A stretch of 64,000 bases of DNA from a virus. The number at the start of each line of letters is the position of its first letter. Positions within the stretch are counted from its first letter, which is position 1. Positions 57,004 to 64,000 of the stretch are shown in pieces. The stretch spans positions 13,149 through 77,148 of the IMG/VR virus record IMGVR_UViG_3300009496_000005; one strand, 5' to 3'. Under the pieces are notes generated by a model. That model did not search any database, was not told where the DNA came from, and saw only the letters and a program-made list of their open reading frames with translations. Both the position numbers and the translations under genes were made by a program.

Positions 57004-57373
57004 ACCTATACAATATCAAATTATAGAATGGTTAGACGCCCGTCTAAGAAAAACTAAACCAATTCGAGACTACACTAACTGCAATATGCAAGATAAATGT
57101 GCTCGTATCTTTTCAAACTATAGAATAGAAAATCAGAATCCTATAGGTATAAAACTCACAAGATTTGGTAACACAATGCTAGGTAGATACTTCGAAAAAT
57201 ATGACTATGAAAATGAATGTTTGCTTAATGGTAAGGTTTTACTTAAACTAGACCAAGCAATGAGATGGCCTTACTTTGTTAATCAAAAGAAGGTTGTATT
57301 TTATAGCCAAGAAGATAGTGCATGGTTCAGATTAAATGGTTCTAAATTGGAAAGTTACATAGATATTATATAA
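56987..57373 (+). CDS. hypothetical protein
   Basis: ORF. Confidence 0.6.
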   Translation: MTSNYEPIQYQIIEWLDARLRKTKPIRDYTNCNMQDKCARIFSNYRIENQNPIGIKLTRFGNTMLGRYFEKYDYENECLLNGKVLLKLDQAMRWPYFVNQKKVVFYSQEDSAWFRLNGSKLESYIDII

Positions 57374-57999
57374 TGATTAAATATATTGACAATTTTTTAT
57401 CCCCTAATGTTATAGCAACATTGGATAAGTATTGTCAAATTTTAGAAGATGATAATAATTCAGATACATATTGGAATCCAAAGTTTACTAAAGAAACAGA
57501 TCGTGTTACTTGCTTTTCAAACAAAGTTGAAGGAACAGAACTATTTGAGTTAAAAGAAGACATATTCCATAATCCTAACAATCCTTTTTATAAAGATAAA
57601 CGTATTAGAAATATGTCTTGTGCAATACAAAAGTATCCTAAAGGTGCTGTATTATCAGCACACAAAGATAGATGCATAGGCTCAGTTACTATATTCTTAA
57701 ACAAAGAGTGGGGAATCAATGACGGTGGAATATTCCATTGGCTAGAAGATGATATGGATGGAAAAGGTTATTCAGTTATACCTAAATATAATAGTGCTGT
57801 CTATATGATATCAAATGATCCTAATAAAAGATTAAATGTAGTAGGACCGTTGCATTGGGTAACAGAAGTGCTGTCAGATACACCTAGATGTTGTATTCAA
57901 CTGTTTATGTGGGGAGATGGCAATCCTAATAACACACTTGCTGAGGGTGATAGTTGGTATGGATATGACGGTGTTGCAGGAGATAAGAGTGGGTATTAA
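57373..57999 (+). CDS. 2OG-Fe(II) oxygenase
   Basis: HKD, FLNKEW...DGG, PKYNS, LHWVT, R. Confidence 0.85.
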   Translation: MIKYIDNFLSPNVIATLDKYCQILEDDNNSDTYWNPKFTKETDRVTCFSNKVEGTELFELKEDIFHNPNNPFYKDKRIRNMSCAIQKYPKGAVLSAHKDRCIGSVTIFLNKEWGINDGGIFHWLEDDMDGKGYSVIPKYNSAVYMISNDPNKRLNVVGPLHWVTEVLSDTPRCCIQLFMWGDGNPNNTLAEGDSWYGYDGVAGDKSGY

Positions 58000-58498
58000 A
58001 GTCGTTAAAGACGTCTTAGACGTCGTATACGCAACAGAACTGTATAACAAGTGTATTGACATGCCTTTACAACGAACTAGTTTAGACACCTGGAAAGACT
58101 ATTTAACTGACTCTAAGAAGGCACCTGCTATACTATTAAACGACTTAGATACCAATGATCAAGTTAAAATACTAGAAGTATTTGAAGAACAATTTGGTGC
58201 CTTTAATAAAGCATACCTAACTGTCCAACGTTGGGAAAAGGGGTGCTACATACCATGGCATAACGACCAAAAGTATGATTTTAGTGCTACAATTTATTTA
58301 AACCCTGAATGGGAAGCAGATGATGGTGGTCAATTTGTTTATACAGAAGACGATGACTTTTATGGTGTAAACCATTCGTATACTCCCCAATTTAACTCTG
58401 CTGTAATGCTAGAAGACGGCCATTTTCATTGTGTTACTCCTATAGGTTCTTTAGATAAAACAAGAGTAACTATCCAATTCTTTGCCTATAAAGGTTAA
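57989..58498 (+). CDS. 2OG-Fe(II) oxygenase
   Basis: PWHND, YLNPEW...DGG, HCVTP, RVTIQFF; GTG start after AGGAG. Confidence 0.85.
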   Translation: MGIKVVKDVLDVVYATELYNKCIDMPLQRTSLDTWKDYLTDSKKAPAILLNDLDTNDQVKILEVFEEQFGAFNKAYLTVQRWEKGCYIPWHNDQKYDFSATIYLNPEWEADDGGQFVYTEDDDFYGVNHSYTPQFNSAVMLEDGHFHCVTPIGSLDKTRVTIQFFAYKG

Positions 58499-58572
58499 CA
58501 TACCTTTAAATTCTGCTATAATTTATACATAAAGGTTGACATACCTTTAAATTCTGCTATAATTTATACATA
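58488..58572 (+). repeat. 41-bp tandem duplication of an early promoter
   Basis: ATAAAGGTT(A/G)ACATACCTTTAAATTCTGCTATAATTTATAC x2, one mismatch. Confidence 0.9.
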
Positions 58573-58592
58573 ATTAAATTTTAGGAGTAATT

Positions 58593-58772
58593 ATGTCAGA
58601 CCCATATACATTCAGTTATGATGTCACCAGAGATTTCAAACTAAATTTCACCGAATGGTTTCAACTTAACACTGAAGAACGTAGTGCATACCAAGAAACA
58701 CCTTATTCACCAGAAGAAGGTCTTAAAGTTTTTAGAGAAATGTATGGTAATTATGAGGAAAATAGCAAATAG
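58593..58772 (+). CDS. small early protein (59 aa)
   Basis: TAGGAG SD; MSDPYTFSYD.. Confidence 0.65.
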   Translation: MSDPYTFSYDVTRDFKLNFTEWFQLNTEERSAYQETPYSPEEGLKVFREMYGNYEENSK

Positions 58773-58775
58773 TGG

Positions 58776-58803
58776 TTGACAAGATCATAAAAGATGCTAT
58801 TAT
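58776..58803 (+). promoter_or_regulatory. early sigma70-type promoter
   Basis: GGTTGACA-N16-TATTAT with TG extension. Confidence 0.7.
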
Positions 58804-58841
58804 ATATACATAGTTAGGTAAAAAGTTAGGAGTAACATATT

Positions 58842-59948
58842 ATGGATACATTACAAGTTAGACCAGCAGAAGTCAAACCAATCACTCTGCGAGCCATGAA
58901 GGCAAAAAGACCAATCTTTATCTGGGGAGCACCAGGTATTGGTAAGTCTGAATTAGTTCAAGGTATTGTAGACTCAGGTGAGTTAGGCAATGCTGTTATG
59001 ATAGACATGCGTTTGGCACTTATGGAGCCAACAGATTTGCGTGGCTATCCTTTTAGAAACCCAGAAACAAACACAATGGAATGGGCACCAGCGGCAGATC
59101 TTCCTACACAGGAAATGGCTGATGCATACGATACTATTGTTTTGTTCTTAGACGAGCTCAACTCTGCACCTCCAAGTGTGCAGGCCGCGGCTTACCAATT
59201 GGTTCTTAATAACAAAATTGGTCAATATACTTTGCCAGACAATGTGAGAATTGTTGCCGCAGGTAACAGAGAGACTGACAGAGGTGTCACATTTAGAATG
59301 CCAAGTCCTTTGGCAAACAGATTTAGACACATTAACATGGATGTGAACTTTGAAGATTGGCAACAATGGGCAATCAACAATGACGTTCATCCTGATGTTA
59401 TTGGTTACCTAAGTTTTGCAAAGCAGGATTTGTTTAACTTCGATCCAAAAACAAGTTCACAAGCATTCGCAACTCCAAGGAGTTGGGTATTTACCTCAGA
59501 CATACTTAAGGTAGATGGCTTTGAAACAGCACCGGCCAGAGAGCAAAAGGCAGAAATTGCAGGTGCTATTGGTGAAGGCATGGCAATCAAGTTTATTGAG
59601 CACAGAAGAATTGCTTCTAACTTGCCTAATCCTTCAGACGTAATTGACGGCAAGGTTAAAAAACTAGACAATAAGATATCAGAAGAGATATCTGCAAAAT
59701 ATAGTTTAGTTGTTAGTATTGCATACGAACTAAATGACATCTACAAAGAAACAGGTGTTGATGAGAAGTTTGCTAAAATGCTTAACAATACTGTAAGGTT
59801 TAGTTTCGATAACTTTGAGCCTGAGATGGTAGTGTTCTTGTTCAAGACTATAATGAAAGATTATAAGATCACATTTAATGTAAGAACTACACTTGATAAA
59901 GATCTTAAAGATACATTCTCTGAGAGGTATGTAAAGTATATCACATAA
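58842..59948 (+). CDS. MoxR-like AAA+ ATPase
   Basis: WGAPGIGKS, LFLDE, VAAGNR, LANRF, TPRSW. Confidence 0.9.
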   Translation: MDTLQVRPAEVKPITLRAMKAKRPIFIWGAPGIGKSELVQGIVDSGELGNAVMIDMRLALMEPTDLRGYPFRNPETNTMEWAPAADLPTQEMADAYDTIVLFLDELNSAPPSVQAAAYQLVLNNKIGQYTLPDNVRIVAAGNRETDRGVTFRMPSPLANRFRHINMDVNFEDWQQWAINNDVHPDVIGYLSFAKQDLFNFDPKTSSQAFATPRSWVFTSDILKVDGFETAPAREQKAEIAGAIGEGMAIKFIEHRRIASNLPNPSDVIDGKVKKLDNKISEEISAKYSLVVSIAYELNDIYKETGVDEKFAKMLNNTVRFSFDNFEPEMVVFLFKTIMKDYKITFNVRTTLDKDLKDTFSERYVKYIT

Positions 59949-60045
59949 GGGAGTAAGGGACACGTTTTAAAATCCTTGTGCGCCTACCTATGTTACTCCC
60001 TACCTAAGCACAAGGTGAGTGCCCTGGAAACAGGGCACTTTTTTT
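59949..60045 (+). ncRNA. structured 3'-UTR / candidate sRNA with anti-RBS loop plus terminator
   Basis: Stem CCTTGTGC/GCACAAGG enclosing a 26-nt loop complementary to its own RBS; terminator AGTGCCCTG-GAAA-CAGGGCACT-T run. Confidence 0.6.
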
Positions 60046-60072
60046 ATTCTAAACAACAAAAGGAAAAATAGT

Positions 60073-60261
60073 TTGCGATACTTAGATTACGAGTTTACTA
60101 TTCACGAAGATTGTATTGAGTTTGATAAAGAATTAACAATAGAATCTGTAGAAAAATCCGGAAACTTTAAACAAGGAGATGAGTTCGTTTTGATCGTGTT
60201 GGCGGGAAAGGTCAAGTTGATTAAAGCAGATAAACTGAAGAATCATACTCTTTATGCCTGA
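60073..60261 (+). CDS. hypothetical protein
   Basis: AAGGA SD + TTG start; stop overlaps first 6 nt of tRNA-Leu. Confidence 0.45.
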   Translation: MRYLDYEFTIHEDCIEFDKELTIESVEKSGNFKQGDEFVLIVLAGKVKLIKADKLKNHTLYA

Positions 60262-60342
60262 GTGGTGGAATAGGTAGACACAAGGGACTTAAAATCCCTC
60301 GCCAGTAATGGCGTGCCGGTTCGACTCCGGCCTCAGGCACCA
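60256..60342 (+). tRNA. tRNA-Leu(TAA)
   Basis: Cloverleaf, long variable arm, anticodon CT-TAA-AA, GGTTCGA, CCA. Confidence 0.95.
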
Positions 60343-60348
60343 TTTAAT

Positions 60349-60425
60349 CTCCCTGTAGCTCAACTGGATAGAGCAACGGCCTTCTAAGCCGTAGGTTGCA
60401 GGTTCGACTCCTGCCGGGGAGGCCA
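60349..60425 (+). tRNA. tRNA-Arg(TCT)
   Basis: ACGGC-CTTCTAA-GCCGT anticodon arm, GGTTCGA, CCA. Confidence 0.95.
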
Positions 60426-60429
60426 ATAA

Positions 60430-60506
60430 GGGCCTATAGCATAATTGGTTAATGCACCCGACTCATAATCGGTAGATTCTAGGTTCAAGTCCTAGTAGGC
60501 CCACCA
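60430..60506 (+). tRNA. tRNA-CAT, probably Ile2 (lysidine) rather than Met
   Basis: CCGA-CTCATAA-TCGG arm, paired G1-C72 (not initiator), CCA. Confidence 0.85.
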
Positions 60507-60515
60507 AATAAAAGG

Positions 60516-60543
60516 TTGACAATCACCCTTTAGATGCTATAAT
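60516..60543 (+). promoter_or_regulatory. early sigma70-type promoter
   Basis: GGTTGACA-N16-TATAAT with TG extension. Confidence 0.75.
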
Positions 60544-60575
60544 ATATATATTAGTTAGGAAAACAAGGGTAGTTT

Positions 60576-61904
60576 ATGACAGACACATTAGAAGCAAAAA
60601 CAGAATCCGCAAAAGATAGAGTTGCAAAACCTGTTAAAGAGATTCCAGAAACAACTTTAACTTCAGCAGAAGTTGAAGATCGTCTTATTAAAGCAAGAAT
60701 TGAAATGCTGATGTCAGCACCTTTCTTTGGTAATCTTGCTACACGTTTAAAATTAAAAGATGCTACAGCATGGTGCCCTACACTTGCTACAGACGGCAAG
60801 TATTTTTATTACAATAGAAACTTTGTTGCCGCAATGAGCGACGGTGAATGTGTGTTTGGTATGGGCCATGAGATACTGCATTGTGTATATGATCACTTTG
60901 ATGTTGCTCGTAGAGGTGATAGAGATCCCAGGCTTTGGAATATAGCAAATGACTATGTTATTAATGCAGACTTAATTGATGCTAACATAGGAGAGCAAAT
61001 TAAACTTGTTGATATATGTTTTGATTGGAAATACAGAGGTCAAGTTTCAGAAGAGATATACGACGACTTATTTAAACAGGCTGAAGAAGAAGGCCGTGTT
61101 ATTAATGTTGAACCTTTAGACATGCACCTAGATAGAACAGAAGGTGATGATGAGGGTGCAGGTGAGAATAAAGCAAACGGTGATTCAGGCGATGAAGATG
61201 GACCTGCAAAATATACTGCTGAAGAGAAAGAGAACATTAAACAAGAATTCCAGAATGCAGTAATGCAATCTGCTAAGGCGGCTGGTGCTGGTAACTTACC
61301 AGGTGGTGTTAAAAGAATGTTAGACAAACTTCTTAACCCTACACTAGACTGGCGTGAACTACTTGCTATGCAGATCCAAAGCACTATTAGAAGTGACTAC
61401 ACATATCAAACCCCAAGTCGTAAAGGACAAGACAGTGGGTTCTACTTGCCAGGTATGGACAGAGAAACAACTATTGATATTGTTGCGGCACTTGATATGT
61501 CAGGTTCTATTATGGACGAAATGGCAATGGACTTCTTAAGTGAGTTCAAAGGCATTATGGACCAATACACAGACTTTAACATTCACCTTGTATGCTTTGA
61601 TACAGAGATTCATAATCCACAAGTGTTCACACAGAACAATATGGAAGAGTTTATGAACTACGAATTAGGTGGCGGTGGCGGCACAGACTTTGATTGTGTC
61701 TTTAACTGGATGAAAGAAGAAGGCATCCAGCCTAAGAAGTTAGTTATGTTTACAGATGGTTACCCTTGGGATAGTTGGGGTGATGAGTCATACTGTGATA
61801 CATTGTTTATTGTTCATGGTGGAGGCTATGGTGGTAGGTCACCAGAAGCACCTTTCGGCATAACTGTTCCATACCAAAGAGATGAAACAGGTTTACAAGG
61901 ATGA
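60576..61904 (+). CDS. HEXXH metallopeptidase-like + VWA domain protein (DUF2201-like), MoxR partner
   Basis: TLATDG, HEILH, WNIA.DYVIN, DMSGS MIDAS, GGGTDF, FTDG. Confidence 0.85.
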   Translation: MTDTLEAKTESAKDRVAKPVKEIPETTLTSAEVEDRLIKARIEMLMSAPFFGNLATRLKLKDATAWCPTLATDGKYFYYNRNFVAAMSDGECVFGMGHEILHCVYDHFDVARRGDRDPRLWNIANDYVINADLIDANIGEQIKLVDICFDWKYRGQVSEEIYDDLFKQAEEEGRVINVEPLDMHLDRTEGDDEGAGENKANGDSGDEDGPAKYTAEEKENIKQEFQNAVMQSAKAAGAGNLPGGVKRMLDKLLNPTLDWRELLAMQIQSTIRSDYTYQTPSRKGQDSGFYLPGMDRETTIDIVAALDMSGSIMDEMAMDFLSEFKGIMDQYTDFNIHLVCFDTEIHNPQVFTQNNMEEFMNYELGGGGGTDFDCVFNWMKEEGIQPKKLVMFTDGYPWDSWGDESYCDTLFIVHGGGYGGRSPEAPFGITVPYQRDETGLQG

Positions 61905-62200
61905 TATCTGTATCACACAATAACATTTTAAGTAGTGAAGAAATTGAACTTATGAATGGTAATGATACATACATGACCATGGTTAGGAACAAACTTAAAA
62001 TAAGTGATTTTAAGATAGAAGATCCTATAACTGAAAAATTAATAGACCCATTAAATTATACAGAAGGTCTTGTGTATTACAGTATGGAAAATGTTTACGG
62101 ACATGGAACTCTTACAATACTGTTTGAAAATGCGTTGGATATGGAAAATTACAGGATAAACGTAACTACTCAGTTCGGTTTAGATCAAATAGCAGAATAA
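61901..62200 (+). CDS. hypothetical protein
   Basis: ORF. Confidence 0.55.
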   Translation: MISVSHNNILSSEEIELMNGNDTYMTMVRNKLKISDFKIEDPITEKLIDPLNYTEGLVYYSMENVYGHGTLTILFENALDMENYRINVTTQFGLDQIAE

Positions 62201-62270
62201 TAACCATTTTTTAATGGATAAAATTAAAACATCTGTTAAATAGTAGTGTTAAATTTAAAAGGAGGCCAAA

Positions 62271-62573
62271 GTGGCAAAAAAAGATAACGTAAACAAAGAA
62301 ACAGTTTCGAGTGAAGAAGCAGTAAATCAAGAAACAGTTGACGGAGCAGGAGTTCCTGAAAGTATCGGTCTTAATGAACTGGCCGTTCTTGCACAGATTG
62401 TTGATCTCGCAACACAGAGAGGAGCCTTTAGGGCAAATGAACTTACCCAAGTAGGTGAAGTTTATGACAAACTAAATGCATTTTTAACGTTCATAAGAGA
62501 ACAACAGGCGGCGAATGCTGAAAAACAAGCAGAAGGCGACGACATTGTGGTAGATGATACCAAAGGAGAATAA
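62271..62573 (+). CDS. hypothetical protein
   Basis: AAGGAGG SD, GTG start; IVDLATQRGAFRANEL. Confidence 0.7.
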   Translation: MAKKDNVNKETVSSEEAVNQETVDGAGVPESIGLNELAVLAQIVDLATQRGAFRANELTQVGEVYDKLNAFLTFIREQQAANAEKQAEGDDIVVDDTKGE

Positions 62574-62574
62574 T

Positions 62575-63198
62575 ATGGCTGAAATAATGAAGCATGTAGG
62601 CAAAGTTGGTGAGAAACCAGTTGTCGTAGTTTATAGAGAGGTTCCTAACGAACCAGATAATGCTCTAATCGTTGAAACAGGTTCACTAGAGCCAGAGCAA
62701 CACGATGCTTTAATGAGTGTTGTTCAATCAGCAGAAGCACAAGAAAGCAATAACATCAGCGAAGTTTTACATAGAAGGACTTTTCCAGATGGGTCAAACA
62801 TGCTAACATCGTTGCATTTTTCTAAGAAGATAGTTAAGACTCCAGTTAATCTGGTTAAATTAACACCTACTCCACAGCAAAGTGTAGCACTAGAAGATGT
62901 TAATGCAGAAATTAGAAAAATTGAATCAGGAAGTAATCCACCTCTTAACACAGAGGTAGATCCAAATGCACCAATCATTGAATCAGATCCTACTCTAGCA
63001 AGTGCTAATGCAACTGCTCCAGAATCAAATGATGATCCAACAGAGATTGCAAAAGGTATTTTACGTCAGGCAATGATCATGGAAGATGACATTAAGGCTA
63101 TGCAAAAGGATATTGATTCTAAAAAAGCAGAAGCATATAGATTAGCACCTGAACTAACACCTAAAAAAGGTCCTGGAAGACCAAAGAAGATAGACTAA
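62575..63198 (+). CDS. hypothetical protein with C-terminal AT-hook-like motif
   Basis: MKHVG...; ends KKGPGRPKK. Confidence 0.7.
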   Translation: MAEIMKHVGKVGEKPVVVVYREVPNEPDNALIVETGSLEPEQHDALMSVVQSAEAQESNNISEVLHRRTFPDGSNMLTSLHFSKKIVKTPVNLVKLTPTPQQSVALEDVNAEIRKIESGSNPPLNTEVDPNAPIIESDPTLASANATAPESNDDPTEIAKGILRQAMIMEDDIKAMQKDIDSKKAEAYRLAPELTPKKGPGRPKKID

Positions 63199-63207
63199 GT
63201 AGAGTTC

Positions 63208-63546
63208 ATGTCTGATAGAGAAACCAAGATAGTTGTCTTGGGAAAATCCACAGGTATGAATAAGGACTCCAAAAGAAAAGAGTTACTTAAAGATTTAGAT
63301 GCTTCTGATGTTCCTAAAGAATTTATAGACGTAATTAAGGTATACCTTTATAACGGTGACGTCATACCTTTTGAAGTTACTGATATAGTAGATACCTTTT
63401 CGCTAGATGAATTACGTGATTTCTTAAGAGCAAGGAAGATAAATGACAAGGTAGATATGGTTGAAATTTACCTTAATATGGACTTAATTTTCACCAAACT
63501 AGAGTCCACAACTAACACAATTTTCAAGAAACATTTCGAAGATTAG
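63208..63546 (+). CDS. hypothetical protein
   Basis: ORF. Confidence 0.6.
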   Translation: MSDRETKIVVLGKSTGMNKDSKRKELLKDLDASDVPKEFIDVIKVYLYNGDVIPFEVTDIVDTFSLDELRDFLRARKINDKVDMVEIYLNMDLIFTKLESTTNTIFKKHFED

Positions 63547-63558
63547 TATAAAAACTGG

Positions 63559-63586
63559 TTGACAACTCTCTATTTGATGCTATACT
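63559..63586 (+). promoter_or_regulatory. early sigma70-type promoter
   Basis: GGTTGACA-N16-TATACT with TG extension. Confidence 0.7.
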
Positions 63587-63621
63587 ATATGTATAGTTTA
63601 ATTAAAAAGGTAGGAGAGTTT

Positions 63622-63879
63622 ATGAACTTAACAGAAATCAAACAAGCAATTCGTAGGGGCAACTTTACATTAGCAGAACTTAACGAGTTATCTTCTTTCA
63701 CTAATAGTGTTAAAACTATAAATGCTAAAGCAACTATTAAAGTTGGTGATACTGTATATGTAGTTCAAAAGACTAAAAAGACACCTGGTGTTGTAAAGAA
63801 AGTCAACATTAAGAAGGCTATTGTAGATATGCGAGGCGGCTCTTATAATGTTCCGCTCTCAATGATCGAAGTAGCATAA
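63622..63879 (+). CDS. small early protein, SH3/KOW-like C-terminus
   Basis: IKVGDTVYV...GVVKKVN.KKA.V. Confidence 0.6.
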   Translation: MNLTEIKQAIRRGNFTLAELNELSSFTNSVKTINAKATIKVGDTVYVVQKTKKTPGVVKKVNIKKAIVDMRGGSYNVPLSMIEVA

Positions 63880-64000
63880 TGATTGAGATATTACAAGAAG
63901 TCACTGATTGGGGCAAATACCCAGTTGCAAATGGTGTTTATCATGTTAATAGTGCAGGACAACTTGTTCAGCACAATGATAAAGTATTCAAAAATCCAAT
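63879..64000 (+). CDS. hypothetical protein, 3'-truncated
   Basis: TAATG-coupled ORF MIEILQEVTDWG.. Confidence 0.55.
   Translation, partial: MIEILQEVTDWGKYPVANGVYHVNSAGQLVQHNDKVFKNP

Noticed and set aside
1-64000. Alternative genetic code / stop-codon reassignment
   Set aside because: Standard-code ORFs tile densely, TAA, TAG and TGA all end intact genes, and no suppressor tRNA is present
1-64000. Bacterial chromosome origin
   Set aside because: T4-like PolB, clamp, clamp loader, RNase H, lysozyme, spanins, fibres and late promoter motifs indicate a phage despite many host-like genes

Overview
AT-rich, gene-dense 64-kb segment of a large (jumbo-type) T4-like myovirus genome. The host is most plausibly a Gram-negative aquatic proteobacterium (inference from sigma70 promoters, spanins, outer-membrane beta-barrels and Clp/SufE/ACP-type genes). 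It encodes replication genes (family-B DNA polymerase, sliding clamp, clamp loader, T4-like RNase H, a small DnaE fragment), lysis genes (lysozyme, i/o-spanin), three large repeat-rich virion/fibre proteins, a proteostasis set (ClpP, ClpA, CbpA/DnaJ, GroES-like), many host-like enzymes (two B12-type radical SAMs, five 2OG-Fe(II) oxygenases, SufE, ferredoxin, PhoH, glutaredoxin, CspA, UDP-glucose dehydrogenase), a MoxR/VWA pair and three tRNAs. Main highlights: (1) a 7-deazaguanine DNA-modification cluster directly behind the polymerase and clamp (TGT/DpdA-like, QueD-like, FolE, QueE, no QueC in the window), interleaved with a glycosyltransferase, GalE and a purine PRTase, suggesting a possibly sugar-decorated deazaguanine; (2) 3'-UTR stem-loops after two early AAA ATPase genes whose loops are complementary to the same gene's own ribosome-binding site and, for the MoxR element, to other early leaders, suggesting an RNA-based early-gene shut-off; (3) an acyl-carrier protein with Glu at the phosphopantetheine Ser; (4) a DnaE piece that stops just before the catalytic aspartates; (5) systematic leaderless architecture (TAAATA-N5-ATG and -10-N6-ATG). 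All product calls come from motif recognition by eye; no database searches were run.
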